In this document: positions 26,406 through 38,396 of the stretch, piece by piece
Layout: the number at the start of each line of letters is the position of its first letter
How positions within the stretch are numbered: position 1 is the first letter of the stretch
Assembly (NCBI GenBank): GCA_964016885.1
Contig: OZ024745.1
Coordinates: 104,160,001 to 104,224,000 of the forward strand
Direction of reading: 5' to 3'
Source of the DNA: Eledone cirrhosa
Lineage: Eukaryota
DNA length: 64,000 nucleotides
Program-made: the position numbers and the translations under genes
The notes under the pieces: generated by a model
The model's input: only the letters and a program-made list of their open reading frames with translations
Told to the model about the DNA's origin: nothing
The model's database searches: none

Positions 26406-27577
26406 TCTTTTGGTTTTATAATTTTATAAATGTTAACCAATAGAGTGCGAGAGAGAGCAAACATAGACACAATATTCTTTTATTGGAATTTAGATAATAT
26501 CAACTAGATAGATGTGTCTGCAGTCGGGCGTGTTTGTGCAGGTATGGATGTTATTGTATGTGTGGATGTGTATGTTTTGAGTTGTATGTGTGCATATGTA
26601 TATGCTTTGTATCTGTACATGTGTACATGCAGTTATTACATGCAGAACTTTTGGAATGCTTTACATATTTTTACTGTTCCATTAATGGATTGTAATGGTG
26701 ATTTCCTAACCAATCGTGTTCTTTCTGTTTCTGTGAAGCCCAACTTCTCAAGATTAGTACTGAGGCAGTTACTAACTTATCCCAGTGCCCCACCCAATAA
26801 TCGCAGGTATAAATTTGAAGGTGTAATCAGGGTGGAGTGTCTACAGATTCCTCATTCGTTCTGCATAGATATTCCCCTTTTCGCTAAGCTTTAATATCAT
26901 ATTGGCATCTGCTGGGCAGTTAACTTCCACTAGTGTGCATGCCTTCTTTTCCCTGTTCCATATCATTATATCTGGTCTGTTATGCTTGCATTTAACTGGA
27001 GTTTTGACTGGAACATTCCACCAGTACTCTTTCATATTATGTACGTGGATGTCTTCCACATTGCTATAACTTTTAATGGTTATTGTCGGTGTTATCTTTT
27101 CTACGAACTGCATTGTATAGTGTTTGGGCCACTACATCATGCCTCATAGGCAGATAGTACCGTGATAACATCTTTGGACAGCTACGTATGATATGGGTGT
27201 CATCTTTGGTGTTAATTCTGCATTAAGTCTGCATTTCTTGTCACATCTAGGTGTTTTGCCTGTATCCCGATCTCTTCTGTGAATCAGGTATTTTGTATTG
27301 ATTTCCTGTTCTTGGATTGCAAAAGCATACCCTTCAAAGTGAGTCAATATAGCAGTTATTGGTGCAAGATAGACTACTTTGTTTATCTATATTACTCTCA
27401 CTCTAGAGCCTCCTGGCAGCATATCCATGCATGAATTTTTGCTGATAAGTATGCAGTCTTTCATCCACGGATTCACTGCGGTATTGTTTGGCAATTTCCC
27501 TGAGTGTGGATTTTTGATTATCATGCAGGGTGTATCTTTCAAGGAGTTCCTTCCTAACTCTCATGATCTTATCTGTC
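26406..27577 (-). mobile_element. R4/Dong-like 3' fragment
   Basis: WWNVPVKTPVKCKHNRPDIMIW and HFEGYAFAIQEQEI; the 3' end abuts an (ATGT)n tail. Confidence 0.9.
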
Positions 27578-27670
27578 TCGCTCAGAGAGTGGGATTGGCT
27601 CAGTGCACAGTCTTTCCTCACTTTAAAAAATATCTTCACGCACAGGCATTGCACGATAGAATTAATTAAT

Positions 27671-27843
27671 TGTTTCTACTTTAGGCACAAGGCCAGCAAT
27701 TAACCAGTGCATTACTGGTACTTTATTTTATCGACCCCGTAAGGATGAAAGGCAAAGTCAACCTCGGCGGGATTTGAACTCAGATCGTAAAGGACGTAAC
27801 TATGCTGGAAAGCATGGCGTCCGACCCTCTACCGATACTGCCA
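27671..27843 (-). mobile_element. tRNA-derived SINE with 15-bp target-site duplication
   Basis: ATAGAATTAATTAAT at 27656-27670 and 27844-27858; inserted in an RTE-derived element. Confidence 0.9.
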
Positions 27844-28100
27844 ATAGAATTAATTAATAATTATTAATAATGGTATATCGTGCAATGGCCATACTCAATA
27901 GCATCAGGTATGTATGTATGTTTGTATGTATGTATGTTTGTATGTATGTATGTATGTATGTATGTATGTATGTATGTATGTATGTATGTATGTATGTATG
28001 CATGTTTGTATGTATGTATGCATATAACCAGCTTCCGACATAATGGTCGCTCATATTTATGGTACGTCAAAATTATTTAAAACTGTTTATATATTGTATT

Positions 28101-28154
28101 TTATCTGACGAAGGCATGCCATATTTTTAATATGGTATCCCCGAAATATGTATA
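28101..28154 (+). ncRNA. Hammerhead ribozyme motif, slightly degenerate
   Basis: TTAT-CTGACGA-AGG.ATGCCATA.../TATGGTAT.CCC-GAAATATGT-ATAA, then AATAAA; one base appears to be missing at the cleavage site. Confidence 0.55.
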
Positions 28155-28290
28155 ATGAAATAAATATGGTTTTATAAATATAGTTTCCATTTGTTTAATA
28201 TCGTATATCTACTCCAAAAACTTGTCGAGTGCTTTATATCAGTTATAAAATATTTACTTGTTGTAACCCAACAATTTTAAATAAAACTTT

Positions 28291-28325
<35 letters not shown>

Positions 28326-28454
28326 GACAAATGTTAAGTAAATTTAACAGCTAAATGATTATAATGTATATAAGGAGACCAATCTACAAATAACTTCGAA
28401 ATGATTTCTCATTAACCCCCCCCCCCCCCCCCCACACACACACAAAAAAAAAAC

Positions 28455-28747
28455 CTAGAAAAGATCATATATTTTCTTTAACAAGCATAAACAGTCTGGA
28501 ATGACAATTAATGCTCCGATTGCTGACAGCATTGATATTGCTATCACACCCATAGCCTGGGAAGATGTGCGTTTGTCTGGGGCACTGATTTTCTTAGCTA
28601 TGTATTGAGAAGTTTTCTTCTTATCGACTTTAAGTTCATTTCGTGTTTCCTCCATTCGTTTCTCAAACTGGGCGGGACTCTCCGGAGTTGGTGATGTTTT
28701 ATTCTCACATGGGCAGTAACATTCGGATCCATTCGTTCCTGGTATTT
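28455..28747 (-). CDS. Terminal exon of a single-pass membrane protein gene (CxCPC, coiled segment, ISAPD motif, TM helix)
   Basis: Phase-1 acceptor cttttatag|; encodes ECYCPC...ELKVDKKKTSQYIAKKISAPDKRTSSQAMGVIAISMLSAIGALIVIPD. This resembles a C-terminus I recall from uncharacterized mollusc proteins (unverified). Confidence 0.8.
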
Positions 28748-29141
28748 CTATAAAAGTTAAAAGTGATGAATTAAAATATCTTTTTAACAATTCAATAATA
28801 TATTTTAATAATATATTTTAATAATATATTTTTATTTTGCCAAACGTCATAAAACATTAAATGCAGCCGTCCTGAGAAAGTGTTATTCAGTTTCGATTGT
28901 TATTTTTATTTCCATAGGTCACTTTTGATAGCCATTACCACGATAAAAAGAAGCATGTATGTGGTCATTCAACATATTAGAAATTGTAGACAAGGTCCCC
29001 ACAAATCAAACGATTTATTGTTTTTAAAAAGGGGGTGGGAAGATTGGTTAAAGTAATCCCTTATATATATAAAAAAACAAAATTGGCGTTATATTAAGAA
29101 CTGATACGCCTTTCATGATATTATTTTTTAAATGGTAAGGA

Positions 29142-29212
<71 letters not shown>

Positions 29213-29508
29213 TAGTACCCTTAATTTGGGACAAGCCTCGTATATATACAGTAACTGGACGTTACATTCCCTATATATATATATATATATATAATATAAC
29301 TTAGAGTTTACACTCAATGGGGTCATTTACAATCATTTCAGCTCTAAGAATCGCTTCTGAGCAGAATAAATTAATATTTGATGAACATTTACATGTTTTA
29401 GTTGCAATTGACTAATAAAATCGTTAGAATGAAATATCTTAATTCAAATACATATAGTTTGCCTGTACGATCTAAAAAATAATAAATCAATACTCACAAT
29501 ATATATAT

Positions 29509-29712
29509 ATATTGTTATACTTTGGGAGAGTCATGTTGCCAATAAGAAAGACACGCACCAGTAGCTTTCACTTCAATTTATTATAATAAATTGAAGTGAA
29601 AGCAACTCGTGCGTGTGTTTCTTATTGGCAACATGACCCTCCCAAAGTATAACAATATCGGTTTCAACACACGTTTTCAGATAAAGAATCTTGCTAAACA
29701 AATTCAGAAACG

Positions 29713-29713
<1 letters not shown>
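29509..29713. repeat. 150-bp loopless palindrome of a PLE terminus plus extension
   Basis: Arms 29509-29583 and 29584-29658 match the termini of the 47134-51265 element. Confidence 0.9.
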
Positions 29714-29750
<37 letters not shown>

Positions 29751-29811
29751 GTCCCAAAGCTCTGATACCATCAACACCATAAACACAGCTGGCATATCTA
29801 AGAACTGACTA

Positions 29812-29867
29812 ACTGCCCGATGAGGTCATAGCCATTCAATGGCTATCATCGAAATATATATAGCAGT
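29812..29867 (+). ncRNA. Hammerhead ribozyme motif, core U4>C
   Basis: ACTGC-CCGATGA-GGT.ATAGCCAT(TCA)ATGGCTAT.ATC-GAAATATATATA-GCAGT, then AATAAA. Confidence 0.7.
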
Positions 29868-30029
29868 AAATAAAGGATTATGAGTTAATAAACAACGCTT
29901 TTCACGTCGCTCCACTTCTCATTGTACGCCGTCCAGCCCAAGTGCATATTTCTATTTTTTTCCCTGAAACTGCTTCTTTATAATAAACTTTCAATAATAT
30001 TTTTCAAATTATTAACTTAATAAAAAGTG

Positions 30030-30059
30030 GCACCGGGTGCAACCGGGCTCAGCTGCTAG
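30030..30059 (+). mobile_element. Helitron-type 3' terminus
   Basis: ccgggtgcaaccggg hairpin followed by CTAG|T. Confidence 0.55.
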
Positions 30060-30284
30060 TTATATATAAACTGCATTAGGAGAAAATTAGTGACAGAAAT
30101 TAGTATGTTTATTAAAGTGATCGCCACCGGAAGTATTGACATGACAGTTGAAGTGGTGGTGATGGCAACGATATACCGGAAGTGCAACTTTGAAAAGAAG
30201 TCAATTTTAAATTATTTATTTTACGAAATTATTTTTGTTTACGAAATTTAGTAGATAAATTATGTAATATTCATTCATTATTTA

Positions 30285-30470
30285 TGGTGGATTGGCAGTA
30301 TCGGTAGAGGGTCGGACGCCATGCTTTCCAGCATAGTTACGTCCCTTTACGATCTGAGTTCAAATCCCGCCGAGGTTGACTTTGCCTTTCATCCTTACGG
30401 GGTCGATAAAATAAAGTACCAGTAATGCAGTGGGTAATTGCTGGCCCTGTGCCAAAAGTAGAAACAATTA
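30285..30470 (+). mobile_element. tRNA-derived SINE (further full or partial copies at about 31380-31460, 31585-31795, 32367-32548, 32953-33130 and 33258-33380)
   Basis: Full head, core and tail; part of the tandemly duplicated intron units. Confidence 0.88.
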
Positions 30471-30953
30471 TATATTCAAAGTAATCCAACTTATTTTACT
30501 AATGGGATAGAAAAAAAAACCGTACGCAGTCCCGCAGACCTTCCTTTATTATAGTTTAGATATATCAAGAAATAGAGAGGAAGAGAAAAAGTGAAAGCAT
30601 CAAAGACGAAAATTTCATTACTGAGCTGGAATTGCTCTTCCAGCGCGTTTCCCTCACCATCCTCCTGGGAAACGCCTTTTCTATTGTGTGAGCCCGGGCC
30701 GTGGGGCGGCCAGCGGGTGGGCCTTCATATGCTCACAATAGTGAGAGATGGGGAGAGCAGGAGAGACAGAGTCAGTGACAGTGGGAGTTTGGTCCTTTCG
30801 AGGAGCACAACAGTAATTAAGCTCCTATCGTTATCGTTTAGTAGTTGATATCTTACTCACAATTTCTGGGAGAAAATAAACAATCTTTTCTATTTCGGAA
30901 TAAAAGTTGAACATATGTCACATGAAATACATCTTTAAATATTAGATATTTAC

Positions 30954-31022
30954 CAGTGTTTGGCGACGGGGTTGAAGAAGACGAATAGCTTGTTGTTGTT
31001 CCAGATGTAGGTGTTTCACTAC
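30954..31022 (-). CDS. Ser/Thr-rich tandem exon 3 (69 nt, phase 1-1)
   Basis: tttaacag|...|gtaaat; encodes GSETPTSGTTTSYSSSSTPSPNT. Confidence 0.8.
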
Positions 31023-31977
31023 CTGTTAAATAAAATAAAATAAAATAAAATACCCCGGAAAAAATATTAATATATTAATCTAGACGGTTACGATTCTGTT
31101 TCACCCGGCAGTAAATATGGTTAAATGCAACTTAAAATATACGATTTATCTTTTCTATTTCGAAATATAAGTTGTGCATATGTGACTTAAAGTTTCCTGG
31201 AAGTATACATCAATAAATGACAATACTGGAGTCAGGTTCAGCACCGTAATCTACTGAATTATTGAGATTTAGTACATGATGGTTAATACTGTGGAGTGAG
31301 AAGTAAAATAGCAGAGCTCTTGCCATCCCCCACCCTTCCCGTTCTTTTTCTTCTTTCTTTCCCTCTTTTTTCCCGCTTTTTATCTTTACGGGGTCGATAA
31401 AATAAAGTTCCAGTAATGCACTGGGTAATTGCTGGCCTTGTGCCAAACGTAGAAACAATTATTTATTCAAAGTAATCCAACTTATTTTACTAATGGGATA
31501 AACAATTATAAACCGTACGCAGCCCCGCGCTTCTTACTTTATTATAGTTTAGATTATAGGACTTAGTAACGTGTCAAAATATATCATCGTTTCTGGTTTA
31601 GGCAAAAGACCATCAATTTTGGGGAGAGGAAAGTCAATTGAATCGACCCTAGTGTGTGACTGGTACTTTATTTTATCGATCTTTTAAGGAGGAAAGGCAA
31701 AGCTAACCTCGGTGGGATTTTAACTCAGAATATAAAGGGCCGTAATTCGATATATCAAAGCATGTTGCAAGACTCTCTACAGATATTGCCAATCCAAACG
31801 AATCATCTTCTATTGAACCGAAATCACCAGCTGTCTCTAGTTTTTACTTTTTCAATTGATATAGATTATAATACTGTTGGAAAGATATAAATTATTGTAC
31901 CCGTGGAAAAAAAATATATATTTAAGTTTGTAAATATTTCAGACAATGAAATACATCTTTAAATATTAGATATTTAC

Positions 31978-32049
31978 CAGTGTTTGGCGACGGGGTTGAA
32001 GAAGACGGATAGCTTGTTGTTGTTGATCCAGATGTAGGTGTTTCACTAC
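31978..32049 (-). CDS. Ser/Thr-rich tandem exon 2 (72 nt, phase 1-1)
   Basis: taacag|...|gtaaat; encodes GSETPTSGSTTTSYPSSSTPSPNT. Confidence 0.8.
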
Positions 32050-33472
32050 CTGTTACAGAAAATAAAATAAAATAAAATACCCCGGAAAAAATATTAATAT
32101 ATTAATCTAGACGGTTACGATTCTGTTTCACCCGGCAGTAAATATGGTTAAATGCAACTTAAAATATACGATTTATCTTTTCTATTTCGAAATATAAGTT
32201 GTGCATATGTGACTTAAAGTTTCCTGGAAGTATACATCAATAAATAACAATACTGGAGTCAGGTTCAGCGCCGTAATCTACTGAATTATTGAGATTTAGT
32301 ACATGATGGTTAATACTGTGGAGTGAGAAGTAAAATAGCGCCTTCTTTGTATTATTTAAACTATCAATTGGCAGTATCGGTAGAGGGTCGGACACCATGC
32401 TTTGACGCATAGAGTTACGGCCCTTGCCATTATCAGTTCAAATCCCGCCGAGGTTAATTTTGCTTTTTATCTTTACGGGGTCGATAAAATAAAGTTCCAG
32501 TAATGCACTGGGTAATTTCTGGCCTTGTACCAAAAAATAGAAACAATTATTTAAACTAGCAGAAAAAACACCTTCGGGTGGTTTTCTGCTAGTATGTGTA
32601 GTGTTTACATTGATATTATACGCAAGTATATATGCATGTAGATATGATCAAATAAAATCGTAATTGACAATATACACAGAAATTGAACGAAGACTGTGTT
32701 ACATTGTCTTATGTAACCAGTAACGTAATCCATGATATTTAAAAAAAAAAGACGATATTATATATAAACTGCATTAGGAGAAAATTAGTGACAGAAATAT
32801 ATGAATATTTATTTAAACGATCGCTAACCGGAAGTGATGACATTTGAACATTTTTAAAAGGTGACTCTTTAAATAAGTATTAACATATATTTAATGAACA
32901 GCCACGAAATTTAGTAGATAAATTATGTAATATTCATTCATTATTTATTCAATTTGGCAGTATCGGTAGAAGGTCGGACGCCATGCTTTCCATCATAGTT
33001 ACGTCCCTTTACGATCTGAGTTCAAATCCCGTCGAGGTTAACTTTGCCTTTCATCCTTACGGGGTCGATAAAATAAAGTACCAGTAATGCACTGGGTAAT
33101 TGCTGGCCTTGTGCCAAACGTAGAAACAATTATTTATTCAAAGTAATCCAACTTATTTTACTAATGGGATAAACAATTATAAACCGTACGCAGCCACGCG
33201 CTTCTTACTTTATTATAGTTTAGATTATAGTACTTAGTAACGTGTCAAAATATATCATCGTTTTTGGTTTAGGCAAAAGACCATCAATTTTGGAGAGAGG
33301 AAAGTCGATTGAATCGACCCTAATGTGTGACTGGTACTTTATTTTATCGATCTTGTAAGGAGGAAAGGCAAAGCTAACCTCCTTACATCCCCCCCTTTCC
33401 GTTCTTTTTCTTCTTTCTTTCCCTCTTTTTTTTTCAAACCATGAAATACATCTTTAAATATTTGATATTTAC

Positions 33473-33541
33473 CAGTGTTTAGCGACGCGGTTGAAGAAGA
33501 CGAATAGCTTGTTGTTGTTCCAGATGTAGTTGTTTCACGAG
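33473..33541 (-). CDS. Ser/Thr-rich tandem exon 1 (69 nt, phase 1-1)
   Basis: tttaacag|...|gtaaat; encodes ARETTTSGTTTSYSSSSTASLNT. Confidence 0.8.
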
Positions 33542-33735
33542 CTGTTAAATAAAATAAAATAAAATAAAATAAAATAAAATACCCAGGAAAAAATATTAAT
33601 ATATTCATCTAGATCACAGATTCTCAACCCATTTCGGCCAAACGTCTCCTTTTGCTCCTCGAAATCACAAAACGCCCCCCCCCCCTATATTTCCATTTTT
33701 CAATATACTACTGATTTTGATATCAGTATATATAC

Positions 33736-33856
33736 ATATACATGTACCAATTGTGTTGTTATTTCTGTTTAACTTTTACATACATATATACAGTATATAT
33801 ATGTATATGTATGTAAAAGGTAAACAAAAATAACAACACAATTGGTACATGTATAT
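33736..33856. repeat. Inverted repeat (~53-bp arms) around a TA-rich spacer
   Basis: atatacatgtaccaattgtgttgttattt... versus ...aaataacaacacaattggtacatgtatat. Confidence 0.9.
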
Positions 33857-33900
33857 GGAATATATATGTTAGGTTAACGCTTGATATAGCAGGAAGAGGG

Positions 33901-33936
33901 TTTTGACGTTTCGGACGCTAGTCTTTCATCAGAAGA
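33901..33936 (-). ncRNA. Minimal hammerhead ribozyme motif
   Basis: Minus strand TT-CTGATGA-AAGAC(TAGC)GTCC-GAAACGTC-AA. Confidence 0.65.
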
Positions 33937-34064
33937 AAGAATGAGAAATAAAATAGATTGAGGGGACGGGCGGGATGGAATTGGAAAAATGTCTTTAGAT
34001 AAAAATAACAGCTCCATTCATGTTGACATCTCTTGCAAAACTGTTGGTGCTGACGTTTTGTGTA

Positions 34065-34121
<57 letters not shown>

Positions 34122-34189
34122 CAAACACATACAAACATAAGCACCCACCATCAAAAGAAAACTCCCGAACAAACAACAAACAATAACAA

Positions 34190-37100
34190 CACAACAAAAA
34201 CACAAACAACAATACGCATACATCAACACAAACAAATAAAGTTTGATGGAGGTCATCTCCAAAAACCCCAAGGTGGAGACGGAGGGCAAACCTTTCGTTA
34301 AAGCAGAATCGTCTCCACACCTTAAACTTATAAGGGTTTCTATGGAGACCTATAGTGACCTGAAGAATAAATTTTCGCAGGACGTGGGCAACCCCTGCCA
34401 GAAACCCATCAACTGCGTCCTGTTAAAATGTTTCCCCACCCCACCCAACACCACTCCAACACCCAAATGGAGATTAAACAACCCAATCTCCAGGAAACGA
34501 AAAGGTAAGCTCACCTTTTCGTCCTTTTTCGCCAACTCTTCTCCCCCAACATGGCTAGTTTACGAGTTGGAAGCGTGAATGTACGTGGCCTAGAGATGCC
34601 CTGGAAACAGGGCCAACTTTTAAACGACCTTAGGTCACACGGTATGGATGTGATAGCCATCACCGAGTCCAGGATCCACAACAGGCAGCAACTAACCCCC
34701 ATCTTCAATGACTTTGAGATCCACGCATCTCTCTGTCAGCCCGGAGGTGGAGGGGGAGTGGCTGTCATGTTCGGAAAAACCTGGACATCGAAGTACAGCA
34801 AGTACACTTGGACCCGGGGGGTAAACTGGTAGTCCTAGACGTGAACAGTATTGGAGGTGGAACCTTCAGACTGGTGGCCGTTTATGCCCCGACCGGGCAT
34901 TCGCAATCGCTGCCAGACTTCTTTAAGCGTCTAGATTTTTTTCTGGGAACGTCTCGCTCCTTACTTTTAGTGGGGGACTGGAATGGTATCATAGATGCAC
35001 AATGGGACTATGTGGGAGCATGTCCCAGTAGAGGGGGGTACAACAGCCTCAAAAATCTAATCGGCCAATTCCAACTGGCCGATAGATATCAACTAGATTT
35101 CCCGACTGCACCACAGTGGACGTGGGCAAACCGCAGCGGGACATCTAGATCGTATTTAGATAGGTTTTTCATTAGAGAAGACAGGAAGATGTTAAGCTGT
35201 CCACATATGCACATGGTTGCCTATTCAGACCACAAACTAGTCATCTGCATAGTCAACCGTGATAGAATACATAGACAGGGACCCGGATACTGGAAGCCGA
35301 ACGTGTCGCTACCGACACGTAAAGCCTACAGTGAACGGATAAGTAGATTAGTTAAGCAACAATTGACGGGAGCCATCGCCAACAGCAGATGGTGGGACTC
35401 CCTAAAGAAAGAGTAGAGTCGATAGACTTTAGTAGATAGTTAGGCTTAGAGAGAAATAAAATAGAAACGGGACTAGTAGCCAAGGTAGATGAGGCGCTAA
35501 GGAGTGGCAACGTAGCTAGAGTGCTAGCAACGAGAACGGCACTGGACCAGTTCTTCGACGCGAAACACGAAGGCTGCGTGGTCAGAACTAAATCACGTGC
35601 TCTAGGAAACGAGGGAGCGAAAGCTGTTAGCTGGGCCCGAGTGGCAGAGGCGAAAAGTGGGAACAAGTCCACGATTCGGTCTTTGAAAGACCAAAACGGA
35701 CGCGTGCTACTTGACCCCAAGCGGATGTGCGCGGCCTTTCAGCGGCACTTTGCGCAACTGTTCGGTCAGAGTGGCGGTGCGTCGAACGGGGCAATGGACT
35801 TCGGTTCATACCTCGACGGCCTGCCGCGTCTCTCGAGCAAGGACGCCGAGTTCTGCCAAAGACCGATCACAGCCACTGAGATACGAGACGCTCTGGGCCG
35901 CTGCGGGAAACGCAAATCACCCCGTCTACATGGTCTACCCTATGAGTTTTACATAGGCATGCCGGACTTGTTCTCTGGCATCCTCGAGGCCGTCTACTGC
36001 AACTGGCAGCAGAACGGGAGAATTCCCAGTTATGCAGGCAGGGGCGTAGTAACGCTGATCAGGAAAGACGAGAACAAGGGGGACGAACTAAGCAACTTCA
36101 GGCCCATAACTCTGCTCAACACAGAGTTAAATATTTTGGCCAAGGCTTTGGCAACGAGGTTGGTGCTTGTCGTCGAGAACCTGGTAGGGAAAGCGCAAAC
36201 GTGTGCAATCCCGACCAGGTCCATACACGACAACCTCCACCTCATGCGATACATCATAGAGAGGGTGGGGTGTAAACCCAGCTTTGGTGGGGCTCTGATC
36301 AATTTAGATCAGTCTAAGGCGTTCGATAGGGTCGACCATCGATACTTGGAAGCGGTTCTCAAGGCGGCCAGTTCCGGACCCGTTTTCAGAGGCTGGATCG
36401 CCGCAATGCACACCAACATCTGCTCGATGGTCAAGGTGAACGGCTACCTATCGGAGCCGTTCGCAATCACGCGTTCCATCCGACAGGCATGCCCTCTCTC
36501 CTCAATTCTGTACGTACTGACTCTAGAGCCACTACTGAGGTAGCTGGAGCTGCTGCAGGGCATTCCGTTTGAACTGGGACTGCGGAAAGCGGAACTGGGA
36601 CGTAACGGTAATGGTGTCGGAAGCCTCCGAAATCGGGGCGATCGGCAAATTACTGCAGGAATATGAAAGGCTCACAGGAGCAAAACTGAACCCGGACAAG
36701 TCTGTCGGTTTGCAACTCGGAACGTGGAGAGGCAAACCGATGCCGTCCGACAGCGTCGTCGGACGCTGGACGGACGGACCGGTGAAATTGCTAGGGGTCT
36801 GGTTCGGTCCAGACCCCCAGGTGGAGAAAAACTGTAACGAGGTCAGGGCCAAGGTATTTGCGCTCACCCAGAAATGGGCAGAGTGCAAACTATCCTTGAA
36901 AGGCCGAGCGGAGGTGGCGAACACTTTCATAGCGTCCGTCATCTACTATTGCTTGACCGTCATGCCTTGTCCTCGTGAACACCTCACCAAGATGGAACGC
37001 ATGCTCTTCCAGTTCCTTTGGAAGAAGCAGGCTCCACTGGTGAGGAGATCCGTCTGCTGTCAGCACCCTTTCAATGGAGGGCTGGGAAGGCCGTGGCTGA

Positions 37101-37473
37101 TGATGCGCAAACATGCGCTGGGGCTACGGCATCTACAGGTATTCCTCACCGACCCCCAATCGGTGTGGACACCATTTGTGACAGGCCTTCCCGCAACTTG
37201 TCTCGCTGACGGAGCTGCAGTCCTGGGTCAAGCGAAGACCTAAGAAGATGGGCGCCTGGCACATCGAATGCGCTTAGGCGCTCACAGTCCTCTGTCAAGC
37301 GGACACGGCAATCAGTGGAGACTCCACTTCGACATTCTATAGAGGATTAGTACGCCACAAGGGCGACGACGTGCTCGGAGAGACTCTAGGCTTCGAAGTC
37401 GACGAACTCACTAGTCTGTTTGGTAGGACTTTCCACCCGGGACCCATGGACAACTTCCAGAGGTCCCTGGCCT
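34190..37473 (+). mobile_element. L1/Tx1-clade LINE ORF2 (APE + RT), frameshifted and 3'-truncated, intronic antisense
   Basis: SVNVRGL, AITES, VYAP, GDWN, SYLDRFF, YSDH, GPGYWK.N, NFRPITLLN, LDQSKAFDRVDH and RQACPLS; higher GC than the flanks. Confidence 0.92.
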
Positions 37474-37601
37474 GTATATGTGACTTAAAGTTTCCTGGAA
37501 GTATACATCAATAAATGACAATATTTGAGTCAGTTTCAGCACCGTAATCTACTGAATTATTGAGATTTAGTACATGATGGTTATTACTATTTTTCTTTTA
37601 C

Positions 37602-37678
37602 CAGTGTGAGATTTAATACCTTCTTTCTTTAAGTGTGAGATTTCAGAGGTTGAAAAGTAGTGAATATTGTATATATTT
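37602..37678 (-). pseudogene. Candidate internal exon of the membrane-protein gene, one base short of frame
   Basis: cctttcag|...ACACTG|gtaaaa ends like the tandem exons. It is 77 nt, and one added T gives TTFSTSEISHLKKEGIKSHT. Confidence 0.5.
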
Positions 37679-38129
37679 CTGAAAGGTATTTTTTCTGCAA
37701 TATATATAGTCGAAGCCGAGTCATACTCTTTAGTGAGAGAGAGCACAGCTCCAGTTACTCCATCGATTTTTATGACTTAATCAGAGAGAAATAGTAGCGC
37801 CGGTGACTATTTATATTCTTTGGGCACCCTCGGGTTTGTTGGGATGAAGTTATCCTCAAACCAGGAACCTGGCTCGAATGCTTGTAGTAGTGTCAAACCG
37901 CCAAATGTCTCCAAAGACCATGTTGTGGGAGTGGGTAAATCAGGAACCGGTTTAAGTATACTACCCAGGAAATGAGTTCGTGAAGAGCCGAAAATAAATA
38001 CCACAAGGCATCCTATCCGACTCTCTAGCTCACCGCTCTTGACTGATACTGTATTTTATCGACATGAAAGACTAACAAGTGTAGTTGACTTCAGTGGGAT
38101 TTGAATTCAGAGTGCAGAAATGTTGGACA

Positions 38130-38308
38130 TTTGGCAGTATCGGTAGAGGGTCGGACGCCATGCTTTCTAGCACAGTTACGTCCCTTTACAGTCTGAGTTC
38201 AAATCCAGCCGAGGTTAACTTTGCCTTTCATCCTTACGGGGTCGATAAAATAAAGTACCAGTAATGTACTGGGTAATTGCTGGCCTTGTGCCTAAAGTAG
38301 AAACAATT
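38130..38308 (+). mobile_element. tRNA-derived SINE
   Basis: Consensus match to the other copies. Confidence 0.88.
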
Positions 38309-38396
38309 ATTAGTAATGATGTCGCTGATTTGGTAAGTTTTAATCAAATATTGTTATACAGAAATTTCAATATAAAATAAAAGACATGGTACTAAC

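Noticed and set aside
30861-30865. Possible micro-exon (ctcccag AAATT gtgagt, minus strand)
   Set aside because: The splice-like signals are good, but 5 nt would break the frame; it cannot be supported without transcripts.
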